DNA from: Octopus vulgaris | Taxonomy: Eukaryota | DNA length: 64,000 bases | NCBI GenBank assembly: GCA_951406725.2 | Contig: OX597816.1 | Span: forward strand, 125,054,001 to 125,118,000 | Direction of reading: 5' to 3' | Shown: positions 40,529 through 53,769 of the stretch, one piece after another | Layout: every line of letters starts with the position of its first letter | Numbering within the stretch: position 1 is the first letter of the stretch | The notes under the pieces: model-generated | Database searches by the model: none | Told to the model about the DNA's origin: nothing | Seen by the model: the letters and a program-made list of their open reading frames with translations, nothing else | Made by a program: the position numbers and the translations under genes

Positions 40529-41058
40529 CAGTAGTTTTATTTTTATAGCGTGCTTTCACTTCACTACCGAGCGCAGCTCTGTGTGCCTTGGGTATGTGCT
40601 GTGATTTGTTGTGATGCTCTGATGGTTATTGTATGGAAAGTGTTCTGCGCAGGATATGTGCAGTGCCTAGTAGTGCAATTTTCTGTATGTTATATGTGTT
40701 TGTAAGTCCTGGTGTTTTTGTTATGTATTTGTCTGAATATTTTTTTATCATGCCTAATGCACCTACTATGATAGGAATTGTTTCTGTTTTCAGATTCCAC
40801 ATTCTAGTTACCTCTATTTCCAGGTCTTTGTATTTTGAGAGTTTCTCCATTTCTTTTAGAGGCACGTTGTCATCTGCCGGTATTGATACATCAATTAGAA
40901 AGCATTTTTTTCTTCATGATCTCTGACAACTATATCTGGTCTGTTGGCCTTAATTTCTCTATCTGTGTGTATCGGCATATCCCAGAGTATGGTTGCTTTC
41001 TCGTTTTCTGTGACCTTTTCTGGTGTGTGCCTATACCATCTTTTTTCTGTTGTTATTC

Positions 41059-41060
<2 letters not shown>
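40529..41060 (-). mobile_element. Second near-identical 5'-truncated R4/Dong-like 3' end in (AAT)n
   Basis: ORFs 40626-40865 and 40895- are almost identical to those of 30774-31326. Confidence 0.9.
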
Positions 41061-41148
<88 letters not shown>

Positions 41149-41177
41149 TATTACTATGATTATTATTATTAACGATT

Positions 41178-41650
41178 AGATGGTGAGCTGGCGGAATCAT
41201 TACCACGTCGAATGAAATGCTTAGCGGTGTTACGTGCATCTGAAGTTCAAATTCCGCCGATCTTGACTTTCCCCATCATCATTTTGGGGTCGATGAAATA
41301 AGTAACAGTTGAACACCGATGTAATCGACTTATTCCCTCCACAGAAATTGCTGGCTCTATCATCATCATTATCATCATTATTATTATCATTATTAGCATT
41401 AATGAAGCAAGCTGGCAGAATCGTTAGTCGCCGATAACATGTTTAGCGCCATATCGTTCAGCTTTACGCTATGAGGGAAAATTCCACCGATGTAGATCTT
41501 ATATTTATTCTTTTGGGGTCCACAAAATTTGCTGTAGCATTTGAGCACTAGGGCCAATATCAGTTGAGCATTAGGGTCAATCTGATCGAGTATCCGTCTC
41601 TCTACAAAATTTCAGGCCTCATGCCTATAGTAGAAAGGAATATTATTATT
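41178..41650 (+). mobile_element. Two tandem degenerate SINE copies
   Basis: Heads at ~41180 and ~41405 (gctggc(g/a)gaatc), shared ggggtc core and tail. Confidence 0.7.
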
Positions 41651-41699
41651 ATTACTACCAGTAATGGTTGAATTAACAAAACCGAAAATGCTTGTAATT

Positions 41700-44600
41700 A
41701 ATTTCGGGGAATACACCCAGAAGATGACTAGCAATGGATCTATGAATTTTCAATCAACAGCGATGAGGATATTAAAATCAAGCAGCAGGAAAATTTTGTC
41801 GGGTACGACGGAGATGATAGTCCTGCAAAGAGCATGAAAGTTGCGTGTAGTTCAGCAAATATTTTAGTAAAAGTCATTGCTAGGAACATATATGTTTCTG
41901 GTTAAATGCTTGAACCATAAGTTTGAAATTTTATCGGTAAATGGTGCTTTCATGTTGTCTACTTTATGTTGTATTTATAATGATTTGAGGATTCAAATTG
42001 TTGATACTCAGCTTCATTGCTATTAAAGTAAGTCGTTGTTGATGAAGCCAGTGCTGTCTATGCGTTACCTAGTTCTGAATAAAAGCGTTTTTGGTCGAAG
42101 TCGAAGTATTTGTTCTGTTCACAAACACGCTTTCGATTCAATACGACTAAATAAGTATTTGTTTTGTATCTTTTTTTAGTGTATTCTTTCTTTTAAATAT
42201 TGCTTTCAATTATTGATATTGTGCTAGCTTTGATAACGCATTGTATTAATTTATCTTGTATATTAGCGTCCAAACGTCTACGTAGTTAAAAGTTCTTTTC
42301 TCTCGTTTTGAATAGAAACGTATTCATCTCGCCCTCTTCGGTATTTCTGCTGTGCAATCGTTTGCAGTTCTAATCAGATAATGAAATCAAATTTAGGCAA
42401 AATAGTAAGAACTGCAATGAATCTTCTGTAAGATGAATATTCTTAACAGCATAGGAATAAGTTTGATTATCTTCCTTTCACCTTGCAATGAGATCATTCT
42501 TTTCCAATATAAGCGTGCCCGTTTGAAATATTTTCATAGTAATGAGGCTGCTTTATATATAAGTTTGCGCCCAGCATTTAAGAATGCTGTGTACTATTAC
42601 TTACTATTTGATAATCACTCCTCATTAAACAAAAAAGTGTTTTGGTTCCTTTTATTGTTTACTATATCCTGAAAGGGTATGAATGGAGGTAAAGATGCTC
42701 TTTAAACCTACGGTAATTATTCTTCTTGTATAATATTGCTTTCCAAATGAGTAATCAGATTGTTGAGGAATATTTTTTTCTATCTATGTTGTTGTGAAGC
42801 AAGCGATAGGTGTGTAATTTTCAGAGTCACTATTATTTTAAGCGGGATAATTTTAAAACTATTTTCACCTAAAGCAATCAATCCTTGTCTACTTAACAGT
42901 TCGGAGTTTTTCTTCCCCACTGTAATAATCGCGTACTTCAGTTAGAAGCTACGACTACATCACCCTCAAGAGTTTCTTGTTGCTTGCAGTTCAGATTCCA
43001 TTAAAGTTCTTTTATATTAATGTCACTGTAGAATGTTTAGGAATTTGATTGAAATACCTTGTTCTGGGAAAGCGCTAAAATTTTCCTTTCTTCTAAATAT
43101 GTACGCTTTCGTAATTTTTTACAGATATTTTGGGACGTCTTTACATATATTTTCACTCTGGATCTTTTTCATTTTGCTAAAAAAATAACATGATCATTTT
43201 TTTTTCTCAAATTTATGTTGTGCATGTATTCTCAAATGTTATGGTGTTTAGCGAGCTTAACATGGTCTAATCTCCCTTTGGATAAAAACCACCTTTCTTT
43301 CGCTGTTACCATTTCTACAATCGAGTAGATATTCTTTAATTTGTTGACGGGATTTATAATAATTTCTTCGGGAGCTGCTTCTTTAAGTGTACCAAGCTCA
43401 AGTATTTACGTTGATCCACAAATAGTATAGAATGTATTTGTATTCTTACATATAAAATGTAAGAATATCCGTTCTGCTATATTTTCTTCGACTTCCTTGT
43501 GTTTGTGTTAGACCTTTTTTGTTGTTAGGTATGGTGGATTTGTAACAAAATTTGTTATATCCTATTTTAAGTGTGAAAATCTGCTGAACACGTATTTCAT
43601 TGATTGTTTTCCATAAACCATATTGCATTTTCAGATCCTTTTTAATGGTTTTTCTTTGTTTCTTGCAATGCAGTAACGTCTTGTATCATGTAAGCTACAT
43701 TCTATACCATTTGTAATGTTATGAGAGCTTATAATTCGTAAGTATGCGTTTCTCTGATGTTTTGGCTTCTTTTCATTATGGTGCCTTTTCTGTTTTGTGT
43801 GTTGTATGTCTTGTTCAGATGCTTTAATAAGTTTTGTTGCTCAACTTTCTACCTGCACTCAGTTGTTGCATATTTTTTTCATTCTTTCTTTTATGCAGTG
43901 CCTTATTCTAAAGTTTTGGATCTTATTTAGTTCATTATAAAATTCTGTAGATATGTACGTGCACTCACAGGGACATTGTAATTTAGTTCTTTATTTTTAA
44001 ACTCCATAACCCGTACTTCTCTTTTATCAGAATGTTGAATGCAGGGTCAATATGTAATTTCAGCGTGACACTTCAATGCAACATCCATTGGTCCAAAGTT
44101 GTTTGTTAGATTTTTATCTTGGAGGCAAGTAGAAAGTGATATGTGTCTCTGTTCAGTATTAACATTTTCAAAGTTAACTACTTCTATATTACGTGTTACA
44201 TTACTTTCTTGTCATGAACCGATTAGAATCATGCTATGAAATTTATTATACGTCTTGAGTCGACCGTTCAGGTTTTTTATTTTGTTTGATATATCCCTAG
44301 ACTTAATTCGTATGGCGGTGGTTTACATCACAACTGTTTCGATTTCCTTTGTTTGGAATTAATAGTGTTTTATGTTATTTTTCTTTCTATACAACAGATT
44401 GTTCTATTTATACACGCAGTATTTTTTCATTAGAAACTTGTTTTCACGTGTGACTCTGTTACTGAAACAGTATATTTTATATGTAAGAATATCTGATACG
44501 TGTATCAGTTGTACTTACTGGCATCGATTCCTTGTTTAGCATGTTTGTATTGGTGTCATTGCCCCACGTGCACATTTAGTTTTAAAAGATTTTGATATTT
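41700..44600 (-). mobile_element. Ancient R4-like non-LTR remnant with unusually long upstream coding region
   Basis: Minus EQNKYFDFDQKRFYSELG (~42120-42067) and KAPFTDKISNLWFKHL (~41950-41900) match R4-type pre-RT motifs; stop-poor frame continues upstream. Confidence 0.55.
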
Positions 44601-44849
44601 CAACAATGTATCTTATGTTTAATAATCAAATGTAATAAATAGAATAGATATTCATTAGACGGTCTGTATACCTCATATCTTCATCTCCTCGTTTCTGACT
44701 TAACGATAGAATTAAGGGTTTATTCCAAGTCATTCACAGGTGTGTATAAAATGAAATGAAACCTTCTGCATTTTCACTAAAATTTTACCGCGCGTAGAAT
44801 TGATGCAGCTATCATCCGAGTCCTTTGTAAAAGTAGCTCCATCACGTTG

Positions 44850-45810
44850 CTAGAGAAATGCAGGCACCTTAAGGGAGTACAAAACGGTGACAGGAAGAAA
44901 CATTAATCCGGACATGTCTGTAGACATGCAGCTCGATTCCAGGAGACGCAAGTCCATACCAACCGACAGCTTTGTAGGGCGCTGGGCAGACAGACCGGCT
45001 AAATTGCTCCGCGTCTGGTTTGGTCCGGATCTCCAGATAAACAAGAACTCGGGGGAGGTGACGAGCAGAGTAGCCAATCTCACCCAGAAATGTGCAGAGA
45101 GAAAGCCGTCTCTGAAAGGTCGGGCGGAGGTGGCGAATGAGTAAAACGCTTCCGCCATCTACTGCCGCCTGACCGCCGCACCTTGCCCTTCTTCATGGCT
45201 TGTCAAGCTGGAGCGCTTGCTCCTCTGCTTTCTGTGGAAGGAATGTGTTCCGCTCGTCAAGTGGTCCATCTGTTGTGAACAGCGGCTGAGTGGAAGGGTC
45301 GGTATGCCGTTGCAAATGGCGCCCAGACACGAGCTGAGGCTGTGACATCCCCAGCATTTTCTTAACGCTCAGCAGGTGTGATCACCGATTGTCACACAGG
45401 ATTTTTCTCATCTCATCAACGAAGCTACAGTTCTGGATCAAACGTAGACCAAGAACGGGTTCTTGGATCCAGGAGTACCAGCAAGCACTCAAAGTTCTTT
45501 GCCATTCCGGCAACGCGGTCGGTGGAAGTTCTACCATGAAGTTCTTTAGAAGTTCTATAGTGAAGAGAAAGAGCGACGACGTCCTCGAGGAAACTCTGGG
45601 CGTCGGGAGGGATCAATTAACTGGTCTTTTCCGGACTTTGGGGCCGGAGCCGATGGATAACGTACAGAAATCCCAGGCCTGGAAATGCTACCGGAGAGAT
45701 TTGGTGGTTCGAAACAAGCTCTACAGACACGGAATAGACTGACCTGTCTGAGGTGCGCACTGACCACGTCCTTATTTGTTTTGTGTGGGGCCCTTGTGCC
45801 CAATAACAAA
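44850..45810 (+). mobile_element. Tx1/L1-like non-LTR fragment (RT C-terminal region)
   Basis: GC-richer island; KLLRVWFGPDLQ..KN..EV..RV...KPSLKGRAEVAN and KLERLL..FLW; ends at (ATT)n. Confidence 0.7.
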
Positions 45811-45865
<55 letters not shown>

Positions 45866-48617
45866 GGTGTGCTGTTAGGAGTAGTGTTTACCCACTTCTT
45901 TAGAAGCTACTAAACTTGTAATTTTATAAGCCATGTCTTCAAATTTGACGTTCCATTGAGGTAAACAGTAAAAAGAAAGTACGTTAGCCGTGTATTTGTA
46001 ACTGTGTGAATCACACAGCTTTCGTTTGCTTTTGTTCTTCCAATACCTTGATATATTTTCTTTTTGTTTTAAATGACTCTGGCTACATTTTAAGTTCGTG
46101 TCATATTCCTTCACTTTGGTTTTGTTTATCCCGAGTATTCATTGTGATTCTTTTTTGTTTGTGAGAATTATTTAAACAATAAAATTCGTGCGTAATAATA
46201 ATCCTATTCAATTACTATAAAACGTATCAGAGGTTTTAATTTGCTATGCTTTTATTCAAACGCTACTTTCATTCAGTTTTGTTAATTCAGTATGTGTTTA
46301 TTCAGTGTGTCCCTCTAACTGACGGATATGTATATTATTTAAAATAACATAATTTTTGTAAATCAATCACATGTATTATAGAATTAGTGCCATTTTTACC
46401 TGCATTGGTCATTAAAACATAATTTTATACAATTTGTAGTTAATTTTTCATTCGCTTTTAGTGATATTTGGATCGATTCGATTTAAAAGAGACTTATGGG
46501 AATAACTTTTCCGAAAGACTCGAAAAAGTAATTACTTTATTTTCTGCACGAAAGACTGATTTAATATTTTAGATCTACAACTTAGATCGCCATTCATCCT
46601 CTCCAGGGAAGTTGAAGTTTGTGAAAATACTAGTGACAATCAGAAAAAAACTCTATTATTATAAGTAAATGTTGTCGTCCATTACTTCAAAAACGCAAAA
46701 TGACTCATACCGATTTTGCTAAACTCATTCAATGCATAAAAGGAAACGGCTAACAGTTTTTAATCATACTTCATTTTATCAATGACGTTCATCGATCTGG
46801 TCAATGTGAATATATGTATGTTTATTTTGTGATACTCTTAGATAACAATTTATGTTCAACAATAACGTTACGAGCATCATTCCTGTTATAAAGGTACACG
46901 CATGATTGACCACTAACTTGCGGTGTTCCCCTAACAATATTTCCCCTACTTCGAGAATTTTACTGAAAATTTCACTGCTCATTTGTTCTGTTTTCGGTTT
47001 TCACCGAAAAATTAATAATATCCGATCGCATCAAAGTGAAGGTGAAGTAATATGTGACTATTCAAAAAAAATAAATTATATGTTGAATAATTAGAATCTG
47101 AGCTTAAAGAAATATGATTGAAAAGGTGAATATTACTAGTCTCAGTATAAAAACTGTTTAGTGACTTTCAAGTATCACAAAGATTTTTTTTTAAATTGTC
47201 TAACGCCCGCGAGCACTGTTCAGTTTAGAATTTGTGAAAATAGAAAATAAATATGGATGAAAAATTGATTTTTAAAAAATTCTATGACTATATAACAACT
47301 GAAGATTACAGATCCAGTGAGCTAAAGAAAAAATCTTTGAAAATAAATATTTAATATAGCATTCGGCGTATTAGAAAATGTATGCGAATTGCTGAAGTCA
47401 ACAATTACTCAGTATAAAAATGATATATCGTAAACGTGCTGAACTATCAATCAAGCTCTATATAGAAAATCGAAAGAAATTTAATCTGATTATTATTTTG
47501 CCGATTATGGTGACACAGAGCTGGAAGTTTCGGGTTAAAAGGCAGAACATTTAAATCGATATTACACTTGTACAGTAAATACTTTAACAATCGCGATTAA
47601 TTACTCCTGAAATAACTATTGACAGTTTTAGAGAGGATATCTCCAGCTATTACAACCTTTCATTTTAAGCCTATTCCCGTAGAAGGAAGTACAAAACTGA
47701 TAAATGATTTAAAACATGAAACCAAAGTAGAGATCTGATTATGAAGACAAATGTATATTTTCTATCACCCTAGATCTTAAAACATATATATACTGAGCAC
47801 GTTAGCTTATTGATTAATCAATCCTTCTTCACCACTATGTTTCTCCTGACCAGTTCAAAATCGTTAACAATTTAATCATTTTCAAGAAAGTTTTTGTTAG
47901 AAGTCTCGTTTTTGAAATTTCAGCCAATTTCTCAATTTCACAACAAACCTTAAGTAAAACTATCGTTTCCAACTTAGTATTTTTTATGAATTAAAATTAC
48001 CTAATATTTTGGCAGTAAGCATTCCACACAATATTCAACAATATAGTTGATGGAATTAACTTTATCTAAGATAACCCAAAAGAATAAACAGGGCCAGTCG
48101 ATATTCGTAGATCGTTCAAAAACATTCAGAATTTCGGGACATAATAGTCTACATCTAATTATGACATAAGAAGTTGGAAACATAAAATATTCCACCACTG
48201 TCTCACTAAAACATATACGTCCGTTGAAGACAATGCTAAAATATCTTGTATCTCTTTCAGTCACTCTATTCAGAGTTTCTATATTATGGTTCATTTTATT
48301 TATGTAAATGTACAGCGTGCCTTTATTTTGTGTGCAGATTATACGTCACTGCCGCCTACTTACGCAATGTTATACCTGAGTCGTATATATACCAAGCATA
48401 TTAAAAAATGAACGTTTAAGTGTGTCAAGGTTTCTAACGGAAAATTACTTTCTCACTTCAAGTCTCATGCACACACGGGATCCTTTCATACCCATCCCTA
48501 ATAAGGCAAATGCGCTTAAAAATATACAATCACAACTCACAAAAATGTCCTGCCGTTACCAAGACATATCTCCGATTTATTTTATATATTTGAAAGGAGA
48601 AGCACTCCCAAACTATT

Positions 48618-48826
48618 GGACTCAAATTTTGGTACCGCGCAAGTAATATCGGGAACATTTCGGTTACATCGACCCCAGCGCTCAACTGGTACTTATTTTT
48701 TATCAACCCTGAAATGGTAAAAGGCAAAGTCAACTTCAGCGGAATTTGAATTGAAGACGAAAAAAACGGATGAAATCCCGTTAAACAGTTTTTCTGGTGT
48801 GAAAACGATTCAGTCAGCTCGCCACC
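48618..48826 (-). mobile_element. SINE, same family, reverse orientation
   Basis: acatcgaccccagcgctcaactggtacttatttttatcaaccc...aaaggcaaagtcaac...cagctcgcc is the reverse complement of the family consensus seen at 51672. Confidence 0.75.
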
Positions 48827-49434
48827 CTAAACGTTCCCGAAGTATTAATCTATGTAAAATTATACAATATCATTTCTCTTCCTTTACATTTATTGATATC
48901 CCCCTACATAATTTGCCTGAAGTGTCACCTGCATCGCATGGTTTTTAAACGTTTGTATCATTTACATAATACGATGCTTCATGCTACAATACACTTTTAC
49001 ACCGCTAAAATTTTCAGTAACAATATTAATAAAAAGTTATCCATATCAGGAAAATGAAAATAGCATTTCAGTTCAAATTTGATGCTAATAATTTTATTCG
49101 TTCATCGGAGAAATAAATGCGTGTTATTTATTACACGCATTACATTAATCACAGACAAGGTTTATGCCATACCAAATTATTATTTTACTTTTAATGTTGA
49201 TATATATTTTATATTTCTTTGGATTGGCCTCTTGATTCACGTTATAAAAACAATGAACCGAAGCTCTAATTCTTCCTGCAAATTTTGACATTTGTCATCG
49301 ACACACGACAGAAATTTGCTACTTCTTGTTTTATGTGTTATTGAAATTTAATTCTATTTTCTGCTAGAAAATAACCCTTGAGTGAAAAGAAATCATGATC
49401 CTGGTCATCATCATCATCATCGTCATCATCATTG

Positions 49435-49533
<99 letters not shown>

Positions 49534-49584
49534 CTATTAACTTCAGGTCTTATGCTTATTGATGAAAGGACTATGGTTATTGTT

Positions 49585-50135
<551 letters not shown>

Positions 50136-51671
50136 ATATTATTATTATCACCATCATCATCATCATCATAATATTAATCACATTAAGCGTACATATAACA
50201 TGCATCAGCTTTACAGTAGTGTACAAAGGATTAAAAGCATTTCTTGTTTGCAGTAATGTTGTTTAAGAGCCACCTTCTAATGCTACTATTTTCTGGACTT
50301 AGCGTATGGATGGCATTCTGGGTAATTCAAGGAATGTTTTTCTTGCACTTAATATCGTTCTTAGCATGTATCCATTTACCATATTCTCAACATTTCTGTT
50401 CCTTATATTTGGAGAGTTTCCCAATGCACTGTGATCAGATTTGAGCAATATATGACAATTAAGTCGTAAGGGTTTGATATATTTCATAAAATGTTATACT
50501 ATTGAATCCGTCTCTTCTACAGGCCTGTATGTACTAGTTTTCCCCAAAAGGACGTTATTGTTATTTTTGTCCAGTCTTTGGGATGTGCTTATACGATGAG
50601 CTGTGGAGGTAAACATCCTAAAATAATTTGATTTATTCTGATGTTATGATTGTAAGGCATTCAGATGATAATGTGATCTGGTATTCAACTCTTTTATGGA
50701 TTGTATACTAGTGTCTTATATTTAATCGTATCTGGAGACGTTTCTATGCCCATCTTCTCAATTCTTCTCCGTTTTGTTTTGCTTCACATTCTTTTTTACT
50801 TCATTTGTCATATCTCACATTTCTGCACTGTATAGAATAAACCTATTTTAAAGACGATTCTGACAGAATATCATTTAAAAATATTTGTAGGGTGTTTCTA
50901 TATACGAGTTCAGCATTTTTGACTTATTTATAAGCGTCATGAAGCAGATTGCTCCGATTTTAAGAGAAATATATTTTCCAGGTATACTGCTTCAACACAC
51001 CACGTCAAGTGGTACACATCTTGCACCCAGTCTGAATGGTGATATACATGTTATAAGTATCAGTCGTTTGGGGTTGACTAATTTTTGTTGAAATCTCATG
51101 ATATTTTTGCGTAATTTATTTTCCTCATGCACATCCTAGTATAAACATATTGAAACTGTCACTTGTTAGTGAGACTACATGTATTAATTGTTTATATCTG
51201 AATTCCTAAGGTGTGTGACATGTTTAGCATCATTAAAATCCGTCATTTGTGACGCATTAGGATTGTTTTTGACATCTGTATGTTTTAAATTTACTTGCCT
51301 CTCTTGTTCCACAAAAATCTATGCGCCTTATTTATTCCTGATCTCTTCATTCTCTTGTTAATATTTTCAAAGAATCCCTTAAAAATTTCATGCAGTGCAT
51401 TTTCAAAGTCTAGTCCTCATACAGATTCAGAGATATAAAATTGTTCTGCCTTGTAAGGTCTTTCAGGTTGTCTCAAATTGATTTAGAACTATAAAATTAT
51501 TCTACTTCGAAAAGACTTGTAGCATATAGTTTGACTGCATCCACGTAGAACAAGTGCGCAAAAGCGTTACTACAATTCTGTACCATTTAGAAATGCATTT
51601 GGCGGGAAAATAACCTGAGGAGAGAAAATTGGAGAGAAAAGAACAATTCTTTTACAATATTTTTGTTTTAC

Positions 51672-51885
51672 AAGGCGGGGAGCTGGTAGAAAAGTTAGCA
51701 CGCCGGGCGAAATGCATAGCGCTATTTCGTCTGTCTTTACGTTCTGAGTTCAAATTCCGCCGAGGTTAACTTTGCCTTTTATCTTCTCGGGGTCTATAAA
51801 TTAAGTACCAGTTTCGTACTCTGATCGATATAATCGACTGGTCCCCTCCCTCAAAATTTCGGGCCTTGTGCCCAGAGAAGAAAAG
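51672..51885 (+). mobile_element. Well-preserved SINE with 16-bp TSD
   Basis: aatattt(t/c)tgttttac at 51656-51671 and 51886-51901; A-box-like ctggtagaaaag and B-box gagttcaaattcc. Confidence 0.9.
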
Positions 51886-52275
51886 AATATTTCTGTTTTA
51901 CTGCAAGACACTTTTCTTGTGAATTTGAATCACATTTTGTTTTCTATTGTCTTGTTCTTTTTCAGAAATTCGATTTTTATGTAACCACATTGAGTAAATA
52001 ATCACTGAAAGAAGTACAACGGCATAAATCTTTTTTTCTTCCCTCTCTAGTAATATACGTAATTCTACTATTTCTGATTCAAGACTTCCAGGATTTCTCA
52101 ATTAAAATTAATTATTTTCACCTCTGTGATACTCTACTTTCGCGGTTCAATTTGAAGCGTCAGTTTTCTCTATACATATTGCACATTTTGGCTAGGTGAT
52201 ATATCTATCTTTCTGTTAGGCGTCTGGATTTTCTCTAAACAATCTTCTGTCTTGAAATTTATTGCATGTTGACTA

Positions 52276-52479
52276 TGAGGGGGTGTTGAAAAGCTCCTGG
52301 GTTTAAGAGTATCGTAAAAGGCCTGGGTCGAGGACCAACCATCCGAAACCTTTCACAGCACTTAACAAACTGAAGTGCTGTGTAAATCTGAGTGAGGAAT
52401 ATATTGAATAAAACCATAGTTAACAGTTCCTCCTTTATTTTACTTTACCAGAAGCTAATAACATTTCAAAACACCCCCG
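52276..52479. mobile_element. Mariner-type MITE
   Basis: TA|tgagggggtgttgaaaag ... tttcaaaacacccccg|TA imperfect TIRs. Confidence 0.7.
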
Positions 52480-52786
52480 TATTTCTAAATATGCTTCTCT
52501 TTATTTCAAACCGTGTTGCTCTAGTACCCCTTATTGCCATTATGATGACTGTGACATGAGTTATTTCCGTTAGGGTCGTTATATCAATTTAATTTAATTG
52601 CTCCGTTAATTCATGGTTAGCTTCTTTGATTAGGATTCCTTTTTATGCTACCAGATATTTCGTTGGCGTGTAGTTTTTCTTCAACTTCATTTCAGTTATA
52701 TTTCTTTAAAGCTTTTCATAATTTTGTCTGTCACATACTCTGAAATACTACAGACGTTTATTTTGGTACAAATCGTTCTTTGCAAT

Positions 52787-53066
<280 letters not shown>

Positions 53067-53352
53067 AGATGAGGTTGAATTTGCATTTGTTTGTAACATA
53101 TTTATTGCGACTCCTATTTATAGAAGTCACAGAGTACTTTGATTTTTAAATTTTCTTCTCGTGAATATTTGGTTAGTGTTTTATAATAATTTTGGTTTTG
53201 ATATACTGTTTTAATATTTCTCTTCTAATATTTCCCTAATTAAATATTTCTCTTCTAATATTTCCCTAATTAAACTTCTGATATGCTATGATGACTCCAT
53301 GGGATTAGTCGTGGGTACACTTTGGTTGTAAAGAGTGATTTTTCTTCTTCCA

Positions 53353-53426
<74 letters not shown>

Positions 53427-53538
53427 CAATAATAATAACAATAATAATAATGACATTACTGTTATCATCCTTGATGACATGCGCTGCTCTCTCATTCAAT
53501 AATAATAACAACAAAAGTTGTAAAACAACTGAAGTCAA

Positions 53539-53660
53539 CACATATGGTTGTGATGCATCTGCCTGGTGCACCCTTACCAGACGGGTAGTCATGATGGGTA
53601 TACTGGGCTTCGTATATTTTCCCCAGTGTCACTTTGAATTGCATGCACTGCTCTCTCACT
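53539..53660 (+). mobile_element. Truncated second copy of the 25675-26191 element with (AAT)n tail
   Basis: cacatatggttgtgatgcat...gcactgctctctcact is the reverse complement of 25676-25797 with scattered mismatches. Confidence 0.85.
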
Positions 53661-53676
53661 GAATAATAATAATAAC

Positions 53677-53753
<77 letters not shown>

Positions 53754-53769
53754 TAATAATAATAATCAC

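Larger units (their letters stand above)
50240..52780 (-). mobile_element. Ancient R4/Dong-like LINE remnant with nested SINE and MITE
   Basis: AHLFYVDAVKLYA at ~51520-51560 (HLLYMDDLKLYA-like); ORF 50299-50487 ends with SALG...MLRTILSARKTF resembling the family C-terminus. Confidence 0.55.
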
